From: a virus
Taxonomy: Duplodnaviria > Caudoviricetes
Strand: one strand, 5' to 3'
Virus record (IMG/VR): IMGVR_UViG_3300037751_000192
Location: 1 to 28,529 of that record
Length of the DNA: 28,529 bases
Part shown: positions 1 through 9,556 of the stretch, one piece after another
Layout of the letters: every line of letters begins with the position of its first letter
Position numbering within the stretch: position 1 is the stretch's first letter
Program-made: the position numbers and the translations under genes
The notes under the pieces: generated by a model
Database searches by the model: none
What the model was told of the DNA's origin: nothing
The model's input: only the letters and a program-made list of their open reading frames with translations

Positions 1-315
1 GGCATCATCAAAAGGATCGGCTTCTAGCTTGAAATCCTGCCCCAGGGTTTGAAGCTGGTTAGCGTATTGCTGCTCTGGAAGCTGATCTTGTTCCGCGAAA
101 GATTTAAGGCCCGGAAGCCCAACTTCCTGCCCTGCCTCAAGGTATGGTTTAAAATCCTGCCGTGTGACATCGTACATATCCCATTGGACCTGAGCTGATG
201 CGTCTGCGGCATATCTTTGGGCGTCTGCGGTTGCCTCAAATCCCTTTTCGGCAGACCTAGAAGCCATATACCCACCAGCAAGCCCTACAACTGCCGCCCC
301 AGCAATGTAATACAT
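1..315 (-). CDS. P22 gp7-like DNA transfer/ejection protein, N-terminal part (runs off the window edge; not in the ORF track)
   Basis: Manual translation from ATG at 315 is open to base 1: MYYIAGAAVVGLAGGYMASRSAEKGFEATADAQRYAADASAQVQWDMYDVTRQDFKPYLEAG... The Gly/Ala-rich leader followed by Q-x-DMY-x-x-TR-x-D-x-x-PY-x-x-AG resembles gp7-type ejection proteins. It starts just after the upstream stop at 317. Confidence 0.75.
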   Translation of the reverse strand, partial: MYYIAGAAVVGLAGGYMASRSAEKGFEATADAQRYAADASAQVQWDMYDVTRQDFKPYLEAGQEVGLPGLKSFAEQDQLPEQQYANQLQTLGQDFKLEADPFDDA

Positions 316-316
316 A

Positions 317-1348
317 TCAAACCCCCTTAATCTGGAAACCGTCCTTCCAGCCTTTGTCTATGCCTTCTGAAACAATTTGAGCGATTGGAACAGGATAACA
401 CCTGTAATCTCTACCAAGCATGTACACCGGCCTTGAACAGATATGATAATCAAGATTTTCAACTGTCGGTGCAGAGGCCAGAGAAATCTCCCGGCCCTCT
501 TTGGTTATCATGTACAGGCAGTAGATGTTGCTTTGCTCTGATTTAACAGACTGCACAGGGCAATATTCTGAAAATTTGTTCAGAAACGCCTTGTGGAGTT
601 CGGAAAGAAAAAGCGTTTTTTCGCCCTTATTTCCCCAATTATGAAACATGGTTCTAATTCTGAGCATCCCGTACAGGTGCTTTGTTTCGTCATAAAAATC
701 TTTGATGAAATCAAGTTCATCAAGGCTTTGAATGGAAAACATCATGCAGGCTGCTTTCAGCCCGGCCTTGTCCATGTTGTCCAGGGTCTTAAGCTTCTTG
801 TTGTAGATTTCCTCAGAATAATTCTTCGGATGTTGAAAGCTCATGGCAAAACGGTACTGCTTAGTATTCAGCGTTACAAACGCCTCATTCATGGTCCGTT
901 TGAAAAACTTCTCGTCCGAAAGCGTTATCATGTTCGTGATTGTTGAAGGGTTCCACCCAAGCCGGTATGCCTGTTCGACAAAATCAACATAATCAGGTCT
1001 GATTGTTGGTTCACCGCCTGAAAACATGAACGAGAAACCCTTGTATGGTTCTCGCAAAAGCTGGTCATAAAACATCAGATCGTGCATTTTTTCCTTGCCC
1101 TCAACATAGTAACACCAGGGGCATTTCATATTGCACCGGTCTGATATGTGAATGATGATCGAATTTGTTTTACCCATCGTCCCGGGTTGATAAAAATTCG
1201 ACACGTGCTGAAAATCAGGGTCAACCAAAGCCTCAAAACTTCCATGAACGTCGCATTCTTTTTCCATCCAGGCTTGGCCGTTTCTGTAAACGATATATGC
1301 CGGCACCTTCTTATAACAGACATTGCAAAGTGACATGGTTTCTATCAT
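317..1348 (-). CDS. Radical SAM protein with N-terminal CxxC...CxxHG metal-binding domain
   Basis: CNMKCPWC (CxxxCxxC) and SGGEPT motifs. N-terminal SLCNVC...MEKECDVHG. Confidence 0.85.
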   Translation of the reverse strand: MIETMSLCNVCYKKVPAYIVYRNGQAWMEKECDVHGSFEALVDPDFQHVSNFYQPGTMGKTNSIIIHISDRCNMKCPWCYYVEGKEKMHDLMFYDQLLREPYKGFSFMFSGGEPTIRPDYVDFVEQAYRLGWNPSTITNMITLSDEKFFKRTMNEAFVTLNTKQYRFAMSFQHPKNYSEEIYNKKLKTLDNMDKAGLKAACMMFSIQSLDELDFIKDFYDETKHLYGMLRIRTMFHNWGNKGEKTLFLSELHKAFLNKFSEYCPVQSVKSEQSNIYCLYMITKEGREISLASAPTVENLDYHICSRPVYMLGRDYRCYPVPIAQIVSEGIDKGWKDGFQIKGV

Positions 1349-1947
1349 AGTGTAGAGTCGTCCCTGCTGCCAAACGCAGCCACAGTTATATGAAAACCAA
1401 CCGTTTTTGCCAGTACTGTAGCCCCATAGTTTGAGGCAACCGCTGTATCTCTTTTGAGATTAAAACTGAATTGGGTGTTCGGGCCAGCCAAAGAAACATC
1501 GATTACCGGGAAGTCCGCCCGCTTATTTTCGCCAGCGGTTCCATCCGCGGTGTCCGTAATTGAAATAGTGGTTTCTGCTGGCTCAATATCTCCTATGGCC
1601 GTCATGGTATAGGTCATGGCCCATTTTACGTTGCCGGTGCCCGTAGTTGTTGGAACCCAATGAACGTGTGGCTTAATCGATTGGACAAGCCTCATACCAT
1701 GTGGAAACTCTATGGCATCGTCAACGTCTCGATCAGAGGTATGGATAAATCCCGGATATCTAATAGCCCCACCACCATATGTTGTCGGGGTAGGGGTTGT
1801 CCCGCCGGTAAGCGATATAAGGGGACAATTTACGTCAATAACTAGCTCACGGTTAACCTCGTAGCAAAGTGCCTGTAGCACCCGCCAGAGTATTTCCGGA
1901 TCGGTGGTTATCTTTTCCCTTGGTGGGATTACCTTACCGATTCCCAT
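1345..1947 (-). CDS. Putative virion/tail-associated protein
   Basis: 200 aa, Thr/Gly-rich and beta-type in composition. Overlaps both neighbours in the tail operon. Confidence 0.6.
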   Translation of the reverse strand: MGIGKVIPPREKITTDPEILWRVLQALCYEVNRELVIDVNCPLISLTGGTTPTPTTYGGGAIRYPGFIHTSDRDVDDAIEFPHGMRLVQSIKPHVHWVPTTTGTGNVKWAMTYTMTAIGDIEPAETTISITDTADGTAGENKRADFPVIDVSLAGPNTQFSFNLKRDTAVASNYGATVLAKTVGFHITVAAFGSRDDSTL

Positions 1948-2762
1948 TAGAGTTTCATGATATACGCCAGTGCGTAAAATTTTGGGATACTCGGAGTGCT
2001 GGCCGCTGCTGAGCCGGAACCTACAGAGACTGTATGCGAGTGCCCCCCACTTAGTCCACTGGTTACCGTCCCTGACGCCGTATTTGCACCCAACAGTTCT
2101 GAGCCGAGGCCAACAGCACTACCGGCCGGCAAACCATGCACATGATCTCCGGGGTTGTTAGTTGTTCCGGTATGTGTATGATCCAGCATGGTATTACTGC
2201 CGCCCGTATCCCCCACATTTCGAGTCCCCGCAGCGTCGGCGTCAGCATGAATAACAAACCGGTCTGTGAGATTAGGCGTACCGTTTGTTCCGTCACAAAT
2301 CGCCCATCCCGTTGGGATAGCAGATATTGCCCCGCTCCACAATCCGATAAATCCGGAAGGGATAGCGGAAAGAGGTCCGACAACATTCGTTCCATTTGAC
2401 GAAACAAGCTCCCGGGCGTTCTGTGCTATGGTTACACCTGTGCCGCTAACGGTCTTCAGTGTTAGCGTGAATGATCCCGTGGTGTTGTTGTAAACCACAT
2501 ACAGACGCTCTCTGCCATCTGGAACAGTGACGTTTATATTCCCGGTCAACTCCCCTGTAAAAGTTAAAGAACCCTTGAGCGACTCAGCATTGGTCAAGGC
2601 AACATCGGAAGCACCCGCGACACTCTTTGATAGATGAAGATCCTCCATTAATATCGCCGTAGGGATATTTCTTGTCACGTTTGAATTGGTAACATCCGAG
2701 ACAACTATCTCCTCAGCACCATCAGGCGCTGTCAGATTTGTATAGCTTTGAATTGCTGGCAT
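1947..2762 (-). CDS. Tail fibre/tail-collar domain protein
   Basis: Collar-like motif IPSGFIGLWSG...IPTGWAICDGTNGTPNL, HxH repeats (HTH, HVH, HSH) and C-terminal P-x-FYALAYIMK. Confidence 0.8.
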   Translation of the reverse strand: MPAIQSYTNLTAPDGAEEIVVSDVTNSNVTRNIPTAILMEDLHLSKSVAGASDVALTNAESLKGSLTFTGELTGNINVTVPDGRERLYVVYNNTTGSFTLTLKTVSGTGVTIAQNARELVSSNGTNVVGPLSAIPSGFIGLWSGAISAIPTGWAICDGTNGTPNLTDRFVIHADADAAGTRNVGDTGGSNTMLDHTHTGTTNNPGDHVHGLPAGSAVGLGSELLGANTASGTVTSGLSGGHSHTVSVGSGSAAASTPSIPKFYALAYIMKL

Positions 2763-2777
2763 TGATTACACCTCTAT

Positions 2778-4265
2778 TTATATTTCTTCTTCCAGTTCTG
2801 GACTTACCAGGATTGGAGCCGCATCACTGATAACAAATTCAAGCTGTCTGTTGTAATATGCCCCGTTCCTTCTCCACGTCGCCCTAAAGGTAGTGTCGTC
2901 AACCTGGGTTATGGATGCATTCCGCGCGGTTGTCCAGGTGCTTGACCCATTGTTCCGGTATCTAAGCGACACCGTGATATCATCGGTGGAAACTGTTGAA
3001 AACCGTTTCAGGGTCATCGTGTATTTTGAGCTAAACTTCCGCTTGGAAAATGCCCCATGGGATACCACTGGGGGCCTTATAACCATTCTGATGTCGGATG
3101 AATCTTCACCAGCTATCAGTGGATTGTCGTCAGAGTCAAGGATAAGATCGCCGTTTGAATCTTCAACGTGTCCCTGTCCCGGAGTATAATAATTTGGGTC
3201 AATTTTGTGCAGAAGCCCGCTATTTTTATCACCGACAAGACGGATATTCCAAGCATCAGCAAAGGCAATTCCTACTGCATTCAGCCTTTTATAGTCAGTC
3301 CCGTCCCATTCACCCCACGGGTGCCACCTGTTGCCGATAATGTCATAAAGAATGGTCTTATCTTGCGTTGGGAAATCCATCTTTACAAAGTGCCGCCCGG
3401 CTATGACATACGGCTCAAGGATTGCATCTGATATTGTCGCGAACCCCTGAAGGTACAAAGAAAGAGATTGTGACTGCTGGGAAGGCAAAGGCTCGATCAT
3501 TGCCCCATTCAGTCTTACTAGGTCGCGATTTTGGTTTATCCAGTAAAACTGGCCAAGGACAAAGGTAAAGGCGTTTTTCCCAATAATCCCGCCATCAGAC
3601 CAATGACCGTTGTACTCAGGCACAAACGGGGTTAATCCGTCATCAACCCATATCTCAAGGGAATGTGAACCCCAGAGCCATAGGCGGTCATTTCCTACGG
3701 CCAATGCTTTTAGATCATCGGGAATTCGGTTCGGTGAAGCGAAATTGTTAGTCCATGAAGTGGGGGCATCGGCGTCGGACCATTCAAAGGTCGCGGGAAG
3801 TGAAGTATCTAGCGCAATCAGCTTTCCATTCAAAACCGCAACGTGGCTAACGGTTGTCGGTGCGTCCCCGTCCGCCAAATATGAAGCGTTTCCGCTTGAC
3901 GGGATAGCAATTATCTTTCCACCATTCGCGGCATAAAGAGATGTACCGAAATCCGCAAAATATGCCCTTGTGGCATCCTCCGGAGTTCCTGTTCCGGTTA
4001 TTTCGGCATTTGTTCCAGCGGCGGCAGTAATCTTGTAAATCTTCTGGGCTGAGATGTAAATTGCCATGCTTTGCTTGTACCACCAGTACAGCCCGTCACA
4101 TGGCGCGTTGGTGCTGATATCCACGATGGTGCTCATGCCCGGGCGTTTGCGGATGTTGTTTAGTTCATCCACATAGACATCTTGCAACACCGCGCCCAAT
4201 GTTCCGAGGTCAACCTCGTCAACGTTTCGGTATGAGCCTAGATATAGTGGGATTTTTTCAAGCAT
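2778..4265 (-). CDS. P22 gp10-like tail stabilisation/nozzle protein
   Basis: 495 aa, beta-propeller-like composition with motifs KRPG, PD...LWLWG..S.EIW and T..YD....WH. Follows the gp4-like gene. Confidence 0.75.
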   Translation of the reverse strand: MLEKIPLYLGSYRNVDEVDLGTLGAVLQDVYVDELNNIRKRPGMSTIVDISTNAPCDGLYWWYKQSMAIYISAQKIYKITAAAGTNAEITGTGTPEDATRAYFADFGTSLYAANGGKIIAIPSSGNASYLADGDAPTTVSHVAVLNGKLIALDTSLPATFEWSDADAPTSWTNNFASPNRIPDDLKALAVGNDRLWLWGSHSLEIWVDDGLTPFVPEYNGHWSDGGIIGKNAFTFVLGQFYWINQNRDLVRLNGAMIEPLPSQQSQSLSLYLQGFATISDAILEPYVIAGRHFVKMDFPTQDKTILYDIIGNRWHPWGEWDGTDYKRLNAVGIAFADAWNIRLVGDKNSGLLHKIDPNYYTPGQGHVEDSNGDLILDSDDNPLIAGEDSSDIRMVIRPPVVSHGAFSKRKFSSKYTMTLKRFSTVSTDDITVSLRYRNNGSSTWTTARNASITQVDDTTFRATWRRNGAYYNRQLEFVISDAAPILVSPELEEEI

Positions 4266-4952
4266 TTATCTTTCAGGGCAGAATTGAATTGAAACCGGTT
4301 CACTGTTAAACTGCTTCAGCTCTTCAAGCAATGCTATTGCCTCAGTCGCAAGAACTGTATCAACCCGCCCGGTGTATTGGCGCTGTAGTCTTACTGCGAG
4401 ATTCTTTACCAAAGCCAAATACCATTCTTGCGGGAAGTCGGGAGTATCTGTGGTTGAATCAAAGTCTTCCAGCGGCCGGGCTACGGTAATTATCACTGTA
4501 GTATTGTTGGTAGATCCGGTCGGCCAGACATAAAGAACCCCATTGCTTACCTGAGGATCGTAATAAACCCCATTTGCCGGTGCCTGAGTTGATTTTACCG
4601 GGAGGCTCATATACTCTTCTCGGGAATAAACATCAATCGGGATATCAACACTGTTTGAATCTTGGCGTCGCGCCGAAATTACCTTGAGCGGCCTCGCAGT
4701 ATTAACCGTCAAGCCGGTTCCTACGGTATAACTTTGCGTGCCGGGAGTAAGCGTTACCGTGACATCTTTCAGCGGCCAGATGTCCGTGTGGACCTGCCAG
4801 TTTTTTACCAGCATGTTCAACATTCTGGACGCATCTGAAGTCTCATCCGAAGAGGGGTCTTCCCCCGCATCAAGTGCCCCTATTTCAAGCAGAGCATCCT
4901 TGATTATGTCGTCGCGTGATACGGAAAAATTACTGGAACCCGATGTGCTCAT
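4266..4952 (-). CDS. Head-to-tail adaptor (P22 gp4 / tail tubular A-like)
   Basis: II..AL..IGAL..GE.P.......A...LN.LV..W at the N-terminus and FPQEW..AL..NLA.RL near the C-terminus. Confidence 0.75.
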   Translation of the reverse strand: MSTSGSSNFSVSRDDIIKDALLEIGALDAGEDPSSDETSDASRMLNMLVKNWQVHTDIWPLKDVTVTLTPGTQSYTVGTGLTVNTARPLKVISARRQDSNSVDIPIDVYSREEYMSLPVKSTQAPANGVYYDPQVSNGVLYVWPTGSTNNTTVIITVARPLEDFDSTTDTPDFPQEWYLALVKNLAVRLQRQYTGRVDTVLATEAIALLEELKQFNSEPVSIQFCPER

Positions 4953-5551
4953 AAATCACTCTGCGAAATTGAAGAATTTACCGGGTAAACCGAAAGTCCT
5001 GAAATACTGCCGATGAAATCACTCGATGGCGTTATGACCACCGTGTCCGTTGTTCCAGATGACGAGAAGGAAATATCGGCCGTGGTGTCGCCATTTACTG
5101 TCAAGTCTCCGGCCTCGTCGGCAGATGTGGTCAACGATATAGTCAGCTCCCCGGAAACGTAACGGGTGACTGTGACCATGAGTTGATAAACCGTCTCATC
5201 CGTAAGGCCGGTTAACGCTCGCGAAAGCGTGTTGACTCCGGAAGAGTGATAAAACTCGTCGGTGTTATGGGTCCATCCAGATCCAAGAGTCCAACCGGTG
5301 GTTGATGTGCAATCATCGTTTAGTCGTGCCTGATATGTTTCAATCCGTGCATCCTTAACTGCTATCCTGTCGGCTCTGCCTCTGATAAATTCCTGAGGGT
5401 GGCGTGGTTCCCAATCATTAAAACAGACGATCATGCCGTCCCACCGTTTTCTGGTCTTCGATTTGCGGAAAGTTCTCCCACACTCATCGCAAATTACCCA
5501 GTAATCACCGGGCCGGTAATGATCCCCGATATAAAGTCCGGTTTCAATCAT
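4949..5551 (-). CDS. Phage structural-region protein with N-terminal zinc-finger-like motif
   Basis: ICDECG...WDG..VC...WEPRHPQEF followed by a Ser/Thr-rich beta domain. Overlaps neighbours by 4 bp. Confidence 0.6.
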   Translation of the reverse strand: MIETGLYIGDHYRPGDYWVICDECGRTFRKSKTRKRWDGMIVCFNDWEPRHPQEFIRGRADRIAVKDARIETYQARLNDDCTSTTGWTLGSGWTHNTDEFYHSSGVNTLSRALTGLTDETVYQLMVTVTRYVSGELTISLTTSADEAGDLTVNGDTTADISFSSSGTTDTVVITPSSDFIGSISGLSVYPVNSSISQSDL

Positions 5552-5961
5552 CTTTCAACGATAAGCTGAAGGGTTAACTTCAGAGAAACGCCCATGTTGT
5601 CACCTACCAGCCATGCCCCTGTTCTCGGAAGCATGATTTCCTTGTACGCTCCCCCGAAAAGCGGGGTAATCGGATTATCTGCCGAGATGGACATATTTAC
5701 TCCTGCGCTACCAAGCAAGTCAGCCTTTATAGTCGTGTTGTCGTTATACAGGTAGACATCAAACAGCGTGGTAGGCGTGTCGTCCTCGTCGGCCATGACG
5801 TATGCCTCTTTCAGCTTACCCTCAATATATGGGAGTTGCTGAAGAACATCGCCGGAGGCATCAGAAACAACGGTGAACTCGTAAAGCCTGGTTGAAGTAA
5901 CCCGGCTTCTTGATAAAACTTTTTTATTGTTAAATGTGGCTGTAACAGTTCCAGTTGCCAT
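5548..5961 (-). CDS. Hypothetical phage protein (structural operon)
   Basis: 137-aa ORF with a G-rich RBS, coupled to neighbours. Confidence 0.6.
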   Translation of the reverse strand: MATGTVTATFNNKKVLSRSRVTSTRLYEFTVVSDASGDVLQQLPYIEGKLKEAYVMADEDDTPTTLFDVYLYNDNTTIKADLLGSAGVNMSISADNPITPLFGGAYKEIMLPRTGAWLVGDNMGVSLKLTLQLIVER

Positions 5962-7006
5962 TTCCCCCCCTTATGGGTGTGTTAAATAATCCAAGCCACG
6001 TAATAGCCATCATGGCAGTTGTCCCGATATGAAACGGAAAATTAACAAGTGAGTTAACCAAAATTATAACCCCGGCAATTAATGCTATGCTTTCGGCTTT
6101 CCAAAAATATGAACACACAAACCCAAGAATTAACATTGGCGTCTTTATACCCATCTCAAACCATGATTGAAAAACGTCGTTATGCAAATATCCCCACTGG
6201 GTGTCTAATAATGGAAAAACTGTCTTGAAATTCCCCAACCCGCACCCAAACCTTGGATGTTGTCTGGTTATATTCCACCCTTCGGCCCATGCTTGTAACC
6301 TCGCAGAAGAGCCGGGCTGGTCTATATATTTTAGATAAATCAACCCACAGAACCCAACCAAAAGCAACCAAACCGTTTTTTGATTTCCCCTGATTAGTGC
6401 CCACACAATAACACCACTTGAAACCGCCAAAACTCCACCAAAGGTCTTGGCCATTATAAGCCCTAAAGCGGTTATCAGACTACCCATGATAATTAACGGC
6501 TTTGTTCTTAAAAAGGCTGGGAAACAAAAAGCCACGACCGCAGATGCCAAATTCTGGTTGCCCATATTACCTATCGGTGATCCGTTTTCCCCGCCATGAA
6601 GAATAAGTGTCCACCAACTGGTTATTTCTGGCTTTATATACGTCTGGATTGCCAAAAGACCAACAACGCAAGCCGAAACGACACACAAACAGTCCATTAT
6701 TATGTTTTTATCCGGCTTGGTTTTCGCCAAAAGCATATAATAAAGAACCCCGTACAATATCCATTGATAAGACAAGAACGCTTCCATCGTATATGCCGGA
6801 TAATGAAGAGATATCAGCGCGCTTACGTTGAATAACGATACCCATTTGTTTATTTTCCATAAATAGAAAGACAAACAGATAGATACCGCCGAACAAAACA
6901 GAACAATAAACAAAACCCTGTAATTGTTAGTCGGCACTCTGACCAGGCTTGCCAGAAGGAGGGCGGCCCCAAAGACCGCCCCCCATTTTTTACTGGATTG
7001 ACTCAT
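5930..7006 (-). CDS. O-antigen ligase/Wzy_C-family polytopic membrane protein
   Basis: Many hydrophobic segments plus the motifs GNQN, R...W......HP.FG.GLGNF and HND..Q...E.G. Start placed at ATG 7006 (ORF track start 7024). Confidence 0.75.
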   Translation of the reverse strand: MSQSSKKWGAVFGAALLLASLVRVPTNNYRVLFIVLFCSAVSICLSFYLWKINKWVSLFNVSALISLHYPAYTMEAFLSYQWILYGVLYYMLLAKTKPDKNIIMDCLCVVSACVVGLLAIQTYIKPEITSWWTLILHGGENGSPIGNMGNQNLASAVVAFCFPAFLRTKPLIIMGSLITALGLIMAKTFGGVLAVSSGVIVWALIRGNQKTVWLLLVGFCGLIYLKYIDQPGSSARLQAWAEGWNITRQHPRFGCGLGNFKTVFPLLDTQWGYLHNDVFQSWFEMGIKTPMLILGFVCSYFWKAESIALIAGVIILVNSLVNFPFHIGTTAMMAITWLGLFNTPIRGGNGNWNCYSHI

Positions 7007-7712
7007 AACAAAATTTCGCCCCAATCATCTCAAGATCACCAGTGCCGTCCGCGACATCATCTCGCCACAAGCCGAATGTTATCCAATCGCTTGATGTTAA
7101 TGCCGCAAAGTCCGTTGTCACAGACATGGTAATTTCATCCGGCGTGGACGTAGTCCCTGCCAAGGCAACGGGAGTTTGGTCGGTTGCCGCAGAATCAGAG
7201 GCTGTGCCATCAGAATTTAGATAAACCGAAAAGTCAACCTCGTTAGGCGTGGTAGAGTCGCTCTCCTTGAACAATCCATAAAAAGTTCCACCACTTGAAT
7301 AATCATCCGGTATCGGAAAGGTAATATCTGCCGGAGTTGTTTCACCATCTGCCCACACAATCCCCGGAACAAGATCATCTACCTCGATGCCTGGGGCCGT
7401 GGCGTTAGTTACCGGGACACCGTTTGTGATAAAAGATGCCAGTGGCAGGTTGACACATCTCGTGGTATCAGCAATCTCCCCGGCAGAAACATCCCCGGTT
7501 GGAAGAGTAACAGCACCGTCAAACCTGGCAGCGCCGTCAACCTCCAAGGTCCCGCTGATAAACATATCGTCTACGCCTGGGGTTACATCCGCAGTATCGG
7601 TTCTGTCGCCTACCCACAGACTGTCAAGATGGGTGATAGTTCCAGGCTTGGCCGCAAAAGCATTCCCGGACAATGCCGCAACAAGTACCAGACAAAGAAG
7701 GATCTTTTTCAT
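6990..7712 (-). CDS. Acidic protein with Sec-type signal peptide, structural operon
   Basis: MKKILLCLVLVAALSGNAFA-A (basic, hydrophobic, AxA). GGAGG RBS. Confidence 0.7.
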   Translation of the reverse strand: MKKILLCLVLVAALSGNAFAAKPGTITHLDSLWVGDRTDTADVTPGVDDMFISGTLEVDGAARFDGAVTLPTGDVSAGEIADTTRCVNLPLASFITNGVPVTNATAPGIEVDDLVPGIVWADGETTPADITFPIPDDYSSGGTFYGLFKESDSTTPNEVDFSVYLNSDGTASDSAATDQTPVALAGTTSTPDEITMSVTTDFAALTSSDWITFGLWRDDVADGTGDLEMIGAKFCYESIQ

Positions 7713-7713
7713 T

Positions 7714-8010
7714 TTAAACCTCCTTGAAAGGGTTCCGTTTCGGCGGCTTTCCCTTTGCTCTGGTCATAGCGTCATCAAGCAAAAGCGCTTTTTCCTCTTG
7801 CGACAAGTCGTTGAACCCGTCAACCACATGGACCATTGTTCCCTTGCGCTTGTAAACTGCAATCGCTTCTGCAATCCGGCTTTCTCGGATCTCCGCAAGC
7901 TTCTTTTTGTGCCGCTCCACTTCGCGCTGCAAAGAAAGCTCTTCAAGCTGCAAAGAAGTGTCTTCTGCCGTGCCCTTTACGGCATCTTCGGGCTTCGGGT
8001 CTTTTCCCAT
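7714..8010 (-). CDS. Hypothetical protein
   Basis: 98-aa charged ORF with AGGAG RBS, directly after the capsid gene. Confidence 0.6.
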   Translation of the reverse strand: MGKDPKPEDAVKGTAEDTSLQLEELSLQREVERHKKKLAEIRESRIAEAIAVYKRKGTMVHVVDGFNDLSQEEKALLLDDAMTRAKGKPPKRNPFKEV

Positions 8011-8022
8011 GTTTTACGCTCC

Positions 8023-8928
8023 TTATGCGCCTTCGCTGTAAAAGAATCCACGCCAATCAGCCCACCCGTAACCTTCACGGATAGTGCCTTTCATTTTGGC
8101 GTTTTCGGTGTCAAAATCATTGTCCTTGCCAAACTCAACCGCCCGGCGGGTCTGCCTGATCAACCCCTCCGGAGCGTTGGTGATGATTCCCCAGGCGTCG
8201 GCGTCGGTCAGATAGTGGTTGACCACAATGCCATCAGGAAGCATACCCAACATCTTCATAGCGTTCGGGTCATTGTTGGCCGTGCCGCTTTGAAGGGTTG
8301 ATTTCAAGATCCTGGTTGCCTCAAAAGAAAGCTGCACCGGAACCAGAAGCTTTTTACCAACCAGAGAAATGCGAAGGCCCTTGCTATCGGTTGCCTGGCC
8401 GATCTGGATCAGAAGATCCTCAATGGCGGTTTCGGAAAGATCTGCGGGAACGGAAAGCAAGTTGCTTTGGTTGCCGTTTGCCTCGGGGTGAGATGCGCTG
8501 CAAAGAACAACACCGTCCCCCCCGACATACCCAGCAGTGGTTGCCCGGTTGATGACGTTTGCCGCCACGTTCTCCTGGGTCTGCCGGATGGAAAAAGCAA
8601 TAAACCGGGCAATCCGCATTGCGATTGATTCATACTGGCCATCGTCAATCGCCTCACGGGTTACGATCCCGCCGATGCCGTAAGTGATGTTGGAGATCCG
8701 CGAAGTGTACCCCTGGCCGCCGTCCTCGAAGGAAATGGATTTCCCTTGAGATTTTACCGGGGCAAGACCGAGGCCGCGATACTGTACCCGTTCCTCAAAT
8801 GCTTTGTCGGATGTTTCATTTTTGAAAATCTTGAAAAACTCCTCCGGGTGTTCGTCGTAGGTGTGCCCGAAAAACACCTTGACCCCTGGCCATAACTCTT
8901 TGGGGTGTGCGCCTGTTGACATTACCAT
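8023..8928 (-). CDS. Major capsid protein
   Basis: 301 aa. L.PG....FG..Y, S.KAFEE, GGDGV.L.S..HP and C-terminal R.G.GWADWRG pattern. Position downstream of portal and scaffold. Confidence 0.85.
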   Translation of the reverse strand: MVMSTGAHPKELWPGVKVFFGHTYDEHPEEFFKIFKNETSDKAFEERVQYRGLGLAPVKSQGKSISFEDGGQGYTSRISNITYGIGGIVTREAIDDGQYESIAMRIARFIAFSIRQTQENVAANVINRATTAGYVGGDGVVLCSASHPEANGNQSNLLSVPADLSETAIEDLLIQIGQATDSKGLRISLVGKKLLVPVQLSFEATRILKSTLQSGTANNDPNAMKMLGMLPDGIVVNHYLTDADAWGIITNAPEGLIRQTRRAVEFGKDNDFDTENAKMKGTIREGYGWADWRGFFYSEGA

Positions 8929-8942
8929 TGTTGTGTCACCTC

Positions 8943-9551
8943 TTAAGAAGCGGTAACGCCCAGGATAGCCCCGGTAGCGTTCTCGGCGGTGTTAATCAAA
9001 ACCTCATAGACCGCACTGGCGGCTAAGGTATTGTCCTCAACATCCTTCACCCCGAGGACAAACAGGGGATAAGACTGGTCTGCGGCCGGGACCGTGCCAC
9101 TTTCCGCGAGATACTTCGAGGAAAGACCAGTGACAGTGGAACCTCCAGATCCGGTCAACACAGCATTTTGCCCAGGGATTGCCTTGGTGAGTGCCGTGCC
9201 GGACCCGCGCACCTCAAAAACGACATCCTTAGCCAAAACAACATTGGCAATTCGTTCGGTGCTGGCCGGATTGTAGACCTTGGAAAGGTCCGTTACCAAC
9301 GGCTCAAAGCTCGTGATGACACCAAGTATAATTGCACCATCGGTGCCGGCCGAGGCGTTGATGGTCAAGTACCGGCCTGTAGTGTCCTTTTCCGCCAAGG
9401 TGGGGGACAGCAGTACCGGTTCACCTACATACATGGCGGTTGCGTAGGACGCGCTTACATACATGGGGATGGTCGCGCCATTCCAGGCGCTTCCGTCTTT
9501 ATTTCTGATTGGTCGAAGCCCGAAGGCCCCTGTTGCATTTGCCATTGCCAT
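8943..9551 (-). CDS. Putative capsid decoration/cement protein
   Basis: MAN...AFGLRP start, Ala/Gly/Thr-rich, immediately upstream of the major capsid gene. Confidence 0.55.
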   Translation of the reverse strand: MAMANATGAFGLRPIRNKDGSAWNGATIPMYVSASYATAMYVGEPVLLSPTLAEKDTTGRYLTINASAGTDGAIILGVITSFEPLVTDLSKVYNPASTERIANVVLAKDVVFEVRGSGTALTKAIPGQNAVLTGSGGSTVTGLSSKYLAESGTVPAADQSYPLFVLGVKDVEDNTLAASAVYEVLINTAENATGAILGVTAS

Positions 9552-9556
9552 ACTCC

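Noticed and set aside
24-281. 85-aa ORF in the track
   Set aside because: Out-of-frame shadow of the gp7-like ORF starting at 315, which the track missed because it has no stop in the window.
1345-2762. Diversity-generating retroelement target
   Set aside because: I saw no reverse transcriptase or adenine-variant repeat pair in the window.
7387-8301. 304-aa plus-strand ORF (and similar antisense ORFs such as 20410-21087 and 13955-14572)
   Set aside because: Antisense shadows of well-supported minus-strand genes.
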